From NCBI GenBank assembly GCA_034530875.2, contig JAVRCJ020000029.1, positions 29,910 through 93,909 of the forward strand: DNA of 64,000 nucleotides. Reading direction: 5' to 3'. Below the pieces are notes generated by a model, which worked only from the letters and a program-made list of their open reading frames with translations, had not been told where the DNA came from and made no database searches. Source of the DNA: Nostoc sp. DedSLP01. Lineage in GTDB: Bacteria > Cyanobacteriota > Cyanobacteriia > Cyanobacteriales > Nostocaceae. A program made the position numbers and the translations under genes. Position 1 is the first letter of the stretch; each line of letters starts with the position of its first letter. Shown piece after piece: positions 49,812-59,319 of the stretch.

Positions 49812-52800
49812 ATGTTTGTTGACTTTTTTATTAAGCGGCCGATCTTTGCGTCGGTCTGCGCTATTCTTATCCTTTTAGTAGGATTAATCAGTATTCCCAC
49901 ACTGCCGATCGCCAGGTTCCCAGAAATTAGTCCTACTCAAATCAGTGTTACTTCTAACTACAGCGGAGCTAGTGCCGAAGTTGTAGAAAGCGGCGTTACC
50001 AATATCTTAGAAAGGCAAATCAACGGGGTTGAGGGACTCAGATATATTACTTCTAGCAGCAGTAACGATGGTACTAGTACCATTACGGTCACCTTTGATT
50101 CATCGCGGGATAAAGATATTGCTGCTGTAGATGTACAAAATCGGGTTTCCGTAGCCCAACCGCAATTACCAGAATCTGTGCAACGGACGGGAGTCCGGGT
50201 ATCAAAAGAGTCTAACAATATTCTCTTGGCAATTGGTTTATATACGGAAAATAACGAATACGACAATACATTTTTAAGTAACTATGCTGACCTTTACATC
50301 GCAGATGCCTTAAAAAGAGTCAAAGGTGTCAGTAATGCCCAAGTTTTTGGCGAACGCCGCTACGCTATGCGTTTGTGGTTAGATCCGAGTCGGCTTGCAA
50401 GTCGGGGATTAACAACTCAGGATGTCGCCGATGCCCTATCCGAGCAAAATATTCAGGTGGGTGCAGGAAGAATTGGGCAAGAACCGGCTCCGCAAGGACA
50501 AAGGTATCAAATTGATGTGCGTGCTGCTAGTCGATTAACAGACGCCACTGAATTTGGCGAACTTGTCCTGAAAACAGAAGATGATGGCACCTTAGTTAAG
50601 CTCAAAGATGTCGGCAGAGCCGAACTAGGCGCAGAAAATTACAACACATTCCTGCGATTTCGTGGCAAAGATGCCATCGGTTTAGGGATTTATCAGGTTC
50701 CTGGTAGTAATGCTTTGGATGTTGCCAAGGGAGTCAAAGCGGAAATAGAGCGATTAGCACCGAGTTTTCCGCCAGGCGTGAAATATCAGGTAGCTTTTGA
50801 CACGACAATGTTTGTTGAGGAATCGATGTCAGAAGTGATTAAGACTCTGATAGAAGCGGTAGTACTGGTAGTAATTGTTATCTTTGTCTTTTTGCAGGAT
50901 TGGCGAACTACCTTAATTCCAGCGCTGACAATTCCACTTTCCTTGATTGGGACATTTGCCTTCGTCAAAGTTTTTAACTTTTCGATTAATAGTTTGACTT
51001 TGTTTGGTTTGACTTTAGCATCTGGGATGGTGGTAGACGATGCCATCGTTGTGGTGGAGCAAATCAGCCGTTTTATTCAGGATAAAGGTATAAATCCTCG
51101 CCGCGCTGCTAGCGAATCAATGGCAGAACTTTTTGGGGCGGTGATTGCAACTTCACTGGTGTTGATGGCGGTGTTTGTACCAGTGGCATTCTTTCCCGGA
51201 ACCACAGGCGCACTTTATCGGCAATTTGCACTCACCATTGCCTTTTCCATTGCAATTTCGACTTTTTTGGCTTTGACTTTGACGCCTTCTTTGTGTGGGG
51301 TGTTGCTACGTCAAGGACAAAGACCTCCCAGGTGGATTGGTTGGTTGTTTGACCTGATTAATCGGTTCCTGGAATGGGTAAGATCGAGTTATGAGCGATC
51401 GCTAACTTATCTCACACGCGTCAAAAGCGTCGTTATTGGCTTGTTTATCGTCTCCTTGGGCATGACTGCTTGGCTGTACACCACAGTACCAACAGCCTTT
51501 CTGCCAGACGAAGACGAAGGTTATTTCATCACAATTATCCAAGGGCCGCAAGGCGTTTCGCTGCAATATACCAGCGATGTCATGGCACAGGTAGAAAAAG
51601 AAATCCTGCAAATTCCCGAAATGTTGGGAACTTTTGCAGTGGGAGGATTTGGTTTTAGTGGTAGCACTGCTAACAGCGGGATTATATTTACAACCTTAAA
51701 ACCTTGGGACGAGCGCCAAAAACCGGATCAAACAGTACAGGCGATAATTGGTAAATTGCAAGGTAAATTATCCTCCATCCCAGAAGCTAGGGTCTTTCCG
51801 GTAAATCCCCCACCAATTCAGGGCTTAGGTAACTTTGGCGGCTTCGTCTTTCAGTTGCAAGACCGCAGAGGTAACAGTGGTTTAGAAAATCTGGTGCAAT
51901 CGATGGGGCAATTACTCGGTCGCGCCAATCAAACACCAGGATTACAAGCTGTATTCAGTACCTTTGCCGCAGATACACCACAATTACTCGTGGAAGTAGA
52001 CCGCAATCGAGCCAAAGCACTGCAAGTTTCCATAGATGATGTCTTTAGTACTTTACAGACTGCTTTGGGTTCGCAATATGTGAATGATTTCAATCTTCAG
52101 CAGCGCAACTATCGCGTTTATATCCAAGCTGACGAACAATTTCGTTCTAATCCCCAAGATATTGGCAAACTCTACGTTCGTTCCGAAAAGAATCAAATGA
52201 TTCCATTGAGTAACTTAGTCAAAGTGACGCCAACTGTGGGAGCGCAAACAATAAATCACTATAATTTGTTCCGTTCAATTGAAATTAATGGTTCTGCTGC
52301 TCCCGGTTCTAGTTCTGGAGACGCTATTAAGGCAATGGAACAAGTTGCAAAAGCAGTTTTACCTCCAGGTTTTGGTTATGAATGGTCTGGAACAGCATTA
52401 GAAGAAATAGATTCTGCTGGTTTAGCACCTTTAATTTTTGGGTTAGGCTTGGTGTTTGTATTTTTGGTACTGGCTGCTCAATACGAAAACTACATTGACC
52501 CTTTAATTATTATGCTGGCAGTTCCTTTAGCGATTTTAGGAGCGCTGATAGCACAAAAGATGCGGGGCTTTGCCAATGATGTTTACTGCCAAATTGGTCT
52601 AGTAATGTTGATTGGTTTAGCTAGTAAAAATGCCATCTTAATTGTGGAATTTGCTAATCAATTGCGAGAGCGAGGTCTGTCCATTACCAAAGCAACTATT
52701 GAGGCTTCGCAAGAACGCTTACGCCCAATTTTGATGACAGCCTTTTCTACTCTTTTAGGGATTTTTCCCTTGGCTACTGCCACAGGTGCGGGGGCGGGTA

Positions 52801-52967
52801 GTCGTCAATCTTTGGGAACGGCAGTTTTTGGCGGTATGTTAATTGCGACTTTTTTGAGTTTGTTTGTAGTGCCAATTTTGTATATCGTAATTAAGGGGGC
52901 AACCGAGCAGTTGATGAAACCAAAACGGCATCAAGAATTGCAATCATCGCTGGGTGAAGGGAGATAG
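49812..52967 (+). CDS. RND efflux permease (HAE1, AcrB/MexF family)
   Basis: FFIKRPIFA, AMRLWLDP, GMVVDDAIVVVE, GLASKNAILIVEFA, RLRPILMT. Confidence 0.97.
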   Translation: MFVDFFIKRPIFASVCAILILLVGLISIPTLPIARFPEISPTQISVTSNYSGASAEVVESGVTNILERQINGVEGLRYITSSSSNDGTSTITVTFDSSRDKDIAAVDVQNRVSVAQPQLPESVQRTGVRVSKESNNILLAIGLYTENNEYDNTFLSNYADLYIADALKRVKGVSNAQVFGERRYAMRLWLDPSRLASRGLTTQDVADALSEQNIQVGAGRIGQEPAPQGQRYQIDVRAASRLTDATEFGELVLKTEDDGTLVKLKDVGRAELGAENYNTFLRFRGKDAIGLGIYQVPGSNALDVAKGVKAEIERLAPSFPPGVKYQVAFDTTMFVEESMSEVIKTLIEAVVLVVIVIFVFLQDWRTTLIPALTIPLSLIGTFAFVKVFNFSINSLTLFGLTLASGMVVDDAIVVVEQISRFIQDKGINPRRAASESMAELFGAVIATSLVLMAVFVPVAFFPGTTGALYRQFALTIAFSIAISTFLALTLTPSLCGVLLRQGQRPPRWIGWLFDLINRFLEWVRSSYERSLTYLTRVKSVVIGLFIVSLGMTAWLYTTVPTAFLPDEDEGYFITIIQGPQGVSLQYTSDVMAQVEKEILQIPEMLGTFAVGGFGFSGSTANSGIIFTTLKPWDERQKPDQTVQAIIGKLQGKLSSIPEARVFPVNPPPIQGLGNFGGFVFQLQDRRGNSGLENLVQSMGQLLGRANQTPGLQAVFSTFAADTPQLLVEVDRNRAKALQVSIDDVFSTLQTALGSQYVNDFNLQQRNYRVYIQADEQFRSNPQDIGKLYVRSEKNQMIPLSNLVKVTPTVGAQTINHYNLFRSIEINGSAAPGSSSGDAIKAMEQVAKAVLPPGFGYEWSGTALEEIDSAGLAPLIFGLGLVFVFLVLAAQYENYIDPLIIMLAVPLAILGALIAQKMRGFANDVYCQIGLVMLIGLASKNAILIVEFANQLRERGLSITKATIEASQERLRPILMTAFSTLLGIFPLATATGAGAGSRQSLGTAVFGGMLIATFLSLFVVPILYIVIKGATEQLMKPKRHQELQSSLGEGR

Positions 52968-53068
52968 TAATTAGTTTCACGTTCCAGGCGTAGAGGTGCA
53001 AAAAAAAAGTTAAATGTAATTTTGGAATTTGAGATTCACGGTCAGCAACGAGATATTTTGCTAAATTG

Positions 53069-53105
53069 TAGCGACAGTTAATTATCTTTAACTGTCGCTA
53101 TTTAT
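53069..53105 (+). terminator. Intrinsic terminator-like hairpin
   Basis: TAGCGACAGTTAA-ttatct-TTAACTGTCGCTA-TTTAT, 13-bp perfect stem. Confidence 0.7.
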
Positions 53106-53149
53106 CGTAAGATGAAACAAAAGGGTAGACTAATTTTAAATAAGAAGGT

Positions 53150-53593
53150 ATGAGAATCGCTATTGGTAGTGATGAACGCACTAACCTTACTGACACTGTA
53201 TTAGAAGAACTCAAGCGGCGCGGGCATGAAGTTATAAGTTTTGGTTCTCTAGCGGAGGATCTTCAAGAAGTTGATTGGCCTATTAGTAGTAGTAAAGTTG
53301 CTTTGGCGGTAGCAACTCAGAAAGTAGATGAGGGAATTGTTTTTTGTTGGACTGGTACTGGCGCATCCATAGCTGCGAACAAAGTCAGTGGGATACGTGC
53401 TGCTTTGTGCCATGATGCGGAAACAGCGCGGGGTGCGCGGATTTGGAATCATGCCAATGTCCTAGTATTAAGTTTACGTGCAACTACAGAAGCGATCGCC
53501 AAAGAAATATTAGATGCCTGGTTTAGCACGCCCTATTCTGAAGATGATTGGAATCTCCTACAAATCAAGCGAATTCAACAGCTAGAGAAATGA
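53150..53593 (+). CDS. RpiB/LacA/LacB sugar-phosphate isomerase family
   Basis: MRIAIGSD, CWTGTGASIAANKV.GIRAA, ARIWNHANVLVL. Confidence 0.9.
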   Translation: MRIAIGSDERTNLTDTVLEELKRRGHEVISFGSLAEDLQEVDWPISSSKVALAVATQKVDEGIVFCWTGTGASIAANKVSGIRAALCHDAETARGARIWNHANVLVLSLRATTEAIAKEILDAWFSTPYSEDDWNLLQIKRIQQLEK

Positions 53594-53607
53594 GGTGTAA
53601 GCCGGGA

Positions 53608-53664
53608 TAGACAAGCAGGGGGGGCAGAGGAAGTGATTTTTATCAGTAATTTCGTGAATTGGTA
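53608..53664. repeat. Right portion of the TACCA..TCAC MITE family
   Basis: CAGAGGAAGTGATTT.TATCAGTAATTTCGTGAATTGGTA shared with 33868-33907. Confidence 0.7.
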
Positions 53665-53691
53665 TAAATTTCTTAACCCAAGCTTATCGAT

Positions 53692-55845
53692 CTATGGCAC
53701 ACGCCACATTTTTATAGTATTGTCTTCACTTCCACTTACCACTGTCCGGCCATCGGGGCTAATAGCAACAACATAAACTAAATCTGTATGCCCGGTAAGG
53801 GTATTTTTCAAATCGCCTGTTTGCAAATTCCAAATTTTGATTGTGTTATCGTAACTTCCACTCACTAAAGTTTTGCCATCTGGGGTGATGGCAACGGAAG
53901 TCACGCCATATTTATGCCATTTGAGGGTATTTTTTAACTCGCCTGTTTGTAAATTCCAAATCTTGATTGTTTTGTCAGTACTGCCACTCGCCAGTGTTTG
54001 TCCATCCGGGCTGATGGCGAGAGAATAGACTAAATCTGTATGCCCTGTCAGCGTAGTTTTTAATGAAGGTGGTTGCAGATTCCAAATTTTGATTGTGCGA
54101 TCGTAACTTCCACTCACTAAAGTTTTACCATCTGGGCTAAAAGCTACTCGCCAAACTGATTTAGTATGTCCGGTGAGTGTATTTCTCAGTTGACCTGTTT
54201 GCAAATACCAGATTTTGATAGTTCCGTCAGCGCTGCCACTGGCTAAAGTCTCTCCATCGGGGCTAATGGCAACAGAATTAACCGTATCTTTATGTCCAGT
54301 GAGAGTATTTTTTAAGCTACCATCTTGCAAATTCCAAATTTTGATTGTGCCATCCTTACTGGCACTTACCAAAGTTTTGTTATCTGGGCTGATAGCCACA
54401 GAAGTCACTGCATCCGTATGTAAAGAAAGGGTAGTTTTTAAGCCCGTGGTTTGGAGATTCCAAATTTTAATGCTTCTGTCTCCACTACCGCTGACTAAAG
54501 TTTGTCCATCGCTGCTAATAGCCAGGCTACTCACCCAATCTGTATGCCCATTCAAGCTATTAGTTAGGGCTAGTTTTTCATAAGCTATGGTTTTGGCAAA
54601 AAGACGGTTGCTAATTTGCAATATTCCATATCCCCCGAAACCCAAAGACAGAATCACACCAACAATTAAGAATGGTTTTTTGGATTTAGCTAGGCGTTTG
54701 GGTAAATTTGCAACTGGTGATAATTGGTGATTATCGGTTACTGTAGGCAGAATCTCTGCATGAGATGTTGCTGTGACTGGAATATCTACCGGAGGCGGGG
54801 ATGATTGATGATAGTATGTTGCCGTAGCTGGAATCTCTGGTTGTATCGGTGATGATTGATGATAATGAGTTGCCCTATCTGGAATCTCTGGTTGTATCGG
54901 TGATGATTGGTGATAATAAGTTGCTGTAGGTGGCACATTAGTTAATGCCGACAAAGAATTTAAATCTTGTAAAACTACCTGGGCTGATTGATAGCGATCG
55001 CGGTAATCTTTTTCCAACAATTTATCTAAAATAGCTGCCAATTCTTCGCTGAATGGTTGCCGTAAATGTTGCCGCCACTCACTAATCCAGCCGTATCCTT
55101 GTTGCTTCCACAATTCCCAAGGAGGAATTGCCGTCAGCAGATGAAAGCAAGTTGCAGCTAAACTGTATAAATCGCTTGCTGGATAGGCTTCACCACCTTG
55201 CATTTGTTCTAAAGGTGCATAACCAAAGGAACCGATAGTTGTTCCTTGTTGAACGACAACTGTCTCGCTCAATTGTTTAGATGCACCAAAATCAATGAGT
55301 ACCAAATCTGCTTTTGCAGCTTGAGGAGATTTGCGACGAATAATATTCTCTGGTTTAATATCGCGGTGAATAACTTTCTGCTGATGAACAGATTGGAGAA
55401 TATTTAATAAATCTAGCAATAATTCGCGAATCTTGTATTCGCTAAAGATTCCCTGGTGTTCTAATTCTTCTAATAAATTCTGCCCTTCAATATATTGCTG
55501 CACTAAATACAAGCGATTATCTTGCTCAAAATATGCCAACAGCGTCGGTATTTGGGGATGTTCTCCTAACTGTTGCAAACGCCTTGCTTCTTGCTCAAAT
55601 AATTCTGTTGCCTTCTGGAGTGCGCCAGTTCCCTGTATCTGAGGTGCAAATTGTTTGATGACGCATACTTCATTAAACTTTTCAACATCCTCAGCCAAAT
55701 AAGTTTTACCAAATCCGCCGCTGCCTAATACTTGCATTGGGCGATAGTGTCGCAAGATTACAAGGGGAATTCCGCAATGAGAGCAAAATTTTGTCTCTTC
55801 AGAACAGGGGGGATTATGGCACGAGGAATTCAGGCAACATATCAT
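53692..55845 (-). CDS. Ser/Thr protein kinase with TM segment and 7 WD40 repeats
   Basis: N-terminal Cys motif, LGSGGFGKTY, HRDIKPEN, DFG, WD40 repeats (GHT..V.SLAISPDG..L.SGS.D.TIKIWN). Confidence 0.95.
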   Translation of the reverse strand: MICCLNSSCHNPPCSEETKFCSHCGIPLVILRHYRPMQVLGSGGFGKTYLAEDVEKFNEVCVIKQFAPQIQGTGALQKATELFEQEARRLQQLGEHPQIPTLLAYFEQDNRLYLVQQYIEGQNLLEELEHQGIFSEYKIRELLLDLLNILQSVHQQKVIHRDIKPENIIRRKSPQAAKADLVLIDFGASKQLSETVVVQQGTTIGSFGYAPLEQMQGGEAYPASDLYSLAATCFHLLTAIPPWELWKQQGYGWISEWRQHLRQPFSEELAAILDKLLEKDYRDRYQSAQVVLQDLNSLSALTNVPPTATYYHQSSPIQPEIPDRATHYHQSSPIQPEIPATATYYHQSSPPPVDIPVTATSHAEILPTVTDNHQLSPVANLPKRLAKSKKPFLIVGVILSLGFGGYGILQISNRLFAKTIAYEKLALTNSLNGHTDWVSSLAISSDGQTLVSGSGDRSIKIWNLQTTGLKTTLSLHTDAVTSVAISPDNKTLVSASKDGTIKIWNLQDGSLKNTLTGHKDTVNSVAISPDGETLASGSADGTIKIWYLQTGQLRNTLTGHTKSVWRVAFSPDGKTLVSGSYDRTIKIWNLQPPSLKTTLTGHTDLVYSLAISPDGQTLASGSTDKTIKIWNLQTGELKNTLKWHKYGVTSVAITPDGKTLVSGSYDNTIKIWNLQTGDLKNTLTGHTDLVYVVAISPDGRTVVSGSEDNTIKMWRVP

Positions 55846-56005
55846 AAAATGTGCATCTATCGACAGATGGATTCATTATTCCCTAGCAAGTAGCTAGTGT
55901 CACAATAATTCGTAATTTTTACCCTTTGACTGAAGTCGGGCGCTTGCAATAATGAAATTACACCTCTTTATGTTTCCAGCGATCGCTTGAGGCACTTCTC
56001 CTATT

Positions 56006-56040
56006 GAATTACGAATTACGAATTACGAATTACGAATTAC
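56006..56040. repeat. STRR (GAATTAC)5
   Basis: Five perfect heptamers. Confidence 0.9.
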
Positions 56041-56189
56041 TAAGAGTCTCGTAGTGCTATACATAAAACGTAGATATTACAAGCCTAACTTTTAGATATG
56101 GGATTATCTCTTTGTCCCCTTGTCCTGTTCGATAACCCCACCGGATGTAAACTCTGGATTCGCCCAAAAGAAACACCAGGAGTAGGCAG

Positions 56190-57419
56190 ATGATTGAAAA
56201 TCCTGAAAAAAGTGGGTTTTCTTCCCTAATTAAAGGCGTACCTTTAAGGCGCATCTTGATAGTGCCATTTGTGCTGCCAATCTTGTTAGTTGTGGGATTA
56301 ACTGCAATCGATCGCAACATTCCAGCGACAATTTTTATTTGTCTGGTAGCCTTGGCAGTAACTACTGTAGTAGGAATTATCATTGCTCGTTGGATAACTC
56401 AACCAATTTTAAATTTAAGTAACGCAGCGAGACAGTTGGGCAAACAAGTAACTTCAGCCGATTTCGCAAATGGAGAAAATTCAACTCTGAAAGTACGGGG
56501 TATTTATGAACTGGAAATCTTAGCTGATTCTTTTAACGAGATGGCGCAGCAGTTAAAGGAAACTCTGAGTGCATTGTCTAGCAAAAATCAAGAGTTAGAA
56601 CTACAAATCGACCGACAAAATCAAAAATTACAGCAAGAAACCCAAGAACGCAACAAGATTGAGCAAAAGGCAAAATCCGCTTTGCGGGAGGCTAAAGAAG
56701 CTGCTGAAGTCGCAAATCTTGCTAAAACCAGGTTTTTAGCAAATATGAGTCATAAACTCAAGACTCCTGTAAATTCGATGCTGGCGATCGCCAAAACACT
56801 GCAAAATGAAGTATGCGACGTTTTGGACGAGCAACAGTGCGAATCTTTAAATAATTTGCAAGATAGCGCTAACAATCTATTGGAATTAATCAACGGTATC
56901 CTAGACTTAGCCGATATAGAATCTCGCAAAATCGAGCTGCAACTCAGCTCTATTTCTATTCAAGAATTATGTGACTCTAGTCTCAGCTTAGTTAAAGATT
57001 TGGCTTTGGAAAAAAATATCCACTTAAGCGCACAAGTACCCGAAGAACTCCCACCCATCGAAGTCGATGAACGCCGCATTCAACAAGCGTTCGTTCGCCT
57101 GTTAAGCAACGCTATCAAATATACTCCAGACGGTGGTAAAGTTTGGCTTGAAGTTCAACCAAATTCCACAAACGAATATATCTTTTTCAGCGTTGTAGAT
57201 ACTGGCATTGGTATTCCTTCCGATGACCTGTTCCAATTATTTCAACCTTTAGTCCAGGATGAAAGCTCATACACTCATAGTTCTGGAAACACAGGTTTAG
57301 GATTACAAATGGTGCAAAGAATTGTAGAACTGCACGGTGGTCGCGTCCATGCTGAAAGTCAATTAGGCAAAGGTAGTAGGTTTACAGTCAAACTGCCAGG
57401 GAAAAAGATAGGGGAGTAG
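56190..57419 (+). CDS. 2TM-HAMP-HisKA-HATPase histidine kinase lacking a periplasmic sensor
   Basis: WITQPI HAMP, ELEILADSFNEMA, MSHKLKTP H box, RLLSNAIKYT, DTGIGI, GNTGLGL. Confidence 0.88.
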   Translation: MIENPEKSGFSSLIKGVPLRRILIVPFVLPILLVVGLTAIDRNIPATIFICLVALAVTTVVGIIIARWITQPILNLSNAARQLGKQVTSADFANGENSTLKVRGIYELEILADSFNEMAQQLKETLSALSSKNQELELQIDRQNQKLQQETQERNKIEQKAKSALREAKEAAEVANLAKTRFLANMSHKLKTPVNSMLAIAKTLQNEVCDVLDEQQCESLNNLQDSANNLLELINGILDLADIESRKIELQLSSISIQELCDSSLSLVKDLALEKNIHLSAQVPEELPPIEVDERRIQQAFVRLLSNAIKYTPDGGKVWLEVQPNSTNEYIFFSVVDTGIGIPSDDLFQLFQPLVQDESSYTHSSGNTGLGLQMVQRIVELHGGRVHAESQLGKGSRFTVKLPGKKIGE

Positions 57420-57476
57420 GGCGCGGGGATGCAGGGAAAGATAGGCTTTTTGAGATTGAATGTGAAAAATCCAGGG

Positions 57477-57545
57477 ATGTGGGAGGTGTGGGAGGATGGG
57501 GAAGAAATCTTTCCTCCCACACTCCCCACACTCCCCACACCTTCC
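57477..57545. repeat. (GTGTGGGGA)n inverted composite repeat
   Basis: 57481-57518 is the exact reverse complement of 11035-11072 inside the kinase gene. Confidence 0.85.
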
Positions 57546-58076
57546 ACCTATGCGTGAGAAATTCGGGATTTATGTCTGTCTCATCTCTTATCAAACAACT
57601 CTCCGCGTTTTTGCGTCCCCGCGTTCTGGGAAATTTGGTAGAAGCCGTGACTGATGACTTTTCTTTGCACCAATCCTAATGATAAAGTTTTTAGCTGGAT
57701 ATAATGTGACGCTTTCAGATACAGAAATTTAATAATAAGTGATTACCCGCATATAAGCGTCTCAAACAGGCTTTGATGCAAAGATTCACAGAGATTTTAA
57801 TAAGTGATTATCCGGATTTGAGAGAAATTACGGTTGAATACTTACAGTATTTTATGAATTTACGCATTACAAATAGCCTGGTAAGTTGTACATTCAAATA
57901 TTTTCAAGTCCTCAAGCCTTTTATAGCTTAAAATAGCATTAAAAAAATTTTCCGTATTTGCACTGATTTTATTTACGAGAAAAACTCAGATTATTTTTAA
58001 TATAAAAAAAATGTAAAGAAATCGGATTTTTATGTAGAACTTAGACTAAAACTTCCTTTGAATCGAAACTAAAGAA

Positions 58077-59234
58077 ATGCAGATTATGTCAGATAGAGTT
58101 ACGAAAGAGTTGGGAAATTTTTTGCAAGAGATAGAACAGCGATCGCACTTTCACGCAGGTTATCCATACAATTTAACTTGTGATTACAGTGAGATAATCA
58201 AATCTTTCAACTTCATGTTAAATAATGCCGGAGACCCTTATGTAGAACCGGATTTTGGGCTTCATTCTCGTCAATTTGAACAAGAAGTATTATCATTTTT
58301 TGCCCAGCTTTATAAGATTCCAGAAAATAAATTTTGGGGTTATGTTACTGCTGGTGGAACTGAAGGTAATTTATATGGCATATTTTTAGCAAGAGAAATT
58401 TATCCCAACGGAATTTTATATTCATCACAAGATTCTCATTACTCAATTCCCAAAGCAGCTAGGTTATTTCGCATTAACCATCAAGTTGTAAATTCGCAAA
58501 TTAATGGCGAAATGGATTACGAGCATTTTGAGCAGCTAATTAGCCAAAATCGCGATCGACCAGCGATTATAAATTTAAATATTGGCACTACTGTTAAAGG
58601 TGCGATCGATAACTTAGACAAAGTTATCGAAATTTTAGAACGTCAGAAAATAAAAAACTACTACATTCATTGTGATGCTGCACTTTCAGGATTAATATTA
58701 CCCTTTTTAGATGGCGCTCCTCAAGTAAACTTTCAAAAACCCATAGATAGCGTAGCTATTTCCGCAAAATTCATGGGTTCTCCATTACCTTGCGGTGTAG
58801 TTTTAACTAAGAAAAAGTGGGTAGAAAGAGTGGAAACAATGATAGAATATATTGGTTCCACAGATACAACAATTCTTGGTTCTAGAAACGGCCATACTCC
58901 TCTGATTCTCTGGTATGCCCTGCAAAGTAGAGGTTTTAATGGTTTAGCCAGAGAAGCAAAAGCTTGTATTCGCAATGCACAATATCTTTTTGAACAACTG
59001 CAATTAAGAGAATATCCATGTATGCTCAATAAATTCTCTACCACTGTCGTGTTCAAAAAACCTTCTCAAGCCTTAGTTAAAAAGTGGCAGTTAGCAAGTT
59101 TTGAGGATTGGGTACACATTGTAGTCATGCAGAATATCGATAAAGAGAAAATCGATACTTTTCTCGATGAACTGATTTTAGAACAGAGGTTATTGGCTCA
59201 AGTAAAGGATTTACAGTTACAAGCAGTAAGCTAA
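58077..59234 (+). CDS. PLP-dependent group II decarboxylase, histidine/serine decarboxylase family
   Basis: GYPYN, LNNAGDP, WGYVTAGGTEGNLYG, SHYSIPKA, GTTVKGAID, IHCDAALSG, ISAKFMGSP.PCG, GSRNG. Confidence 0.9.
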   Translation: MQIMSDRVTKELGNFLQEIEQRSHFHAGYPYNLTCDYSEIIKSFNFMLNNAGDPYVEPDFGLHSRQFEQEVLSFFAQLYKIPENKFWGYVTAGGTEGNLYGIFLAREIYPNGILYSSQDSHYSIPKAARLFRINHQVVNSQINGEMDYEHFEQLISQNRDRPAIINLNIGTTVKGAIDNLDKVIEILERQKIKNYYIHCDAALSGLILPFLDGAPQVNFQKPIDSVAISAKFMGSPLPCGVVLTKKKWVERVETMIEYIGSTDTTILGSRNGHTPLILWYALQSRGFNGLAREAKACIRNAQYLFEQLQLREYPCMLNKFSTTVVFKKPSQALVKKWQLASFEDWVHIVVMQNIDKEKIDTFLDELILEQRLLAQVKDLQLQAVS

Positions 59235-59319
59235 GTTGTTATTGGACATTGACCATTAGTTATTAGGAAATCTTAATTCACTCTCAACAAATGACTAATG
59301 ACTAATGATTAATAACAAT

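Noticed and set aside
54715..54930. CRISPR-like periodic repeat
   Set aside because: It is an in-frame coding tandem repeat without unique spacers.
57733..57817. Direct repeat TAATAAGTGATTA.CCG.AT upstream of the decarboxylase as an operator
   Set aside because: It resembles decayed MITE ends, and two copies cannot distinguish the options.
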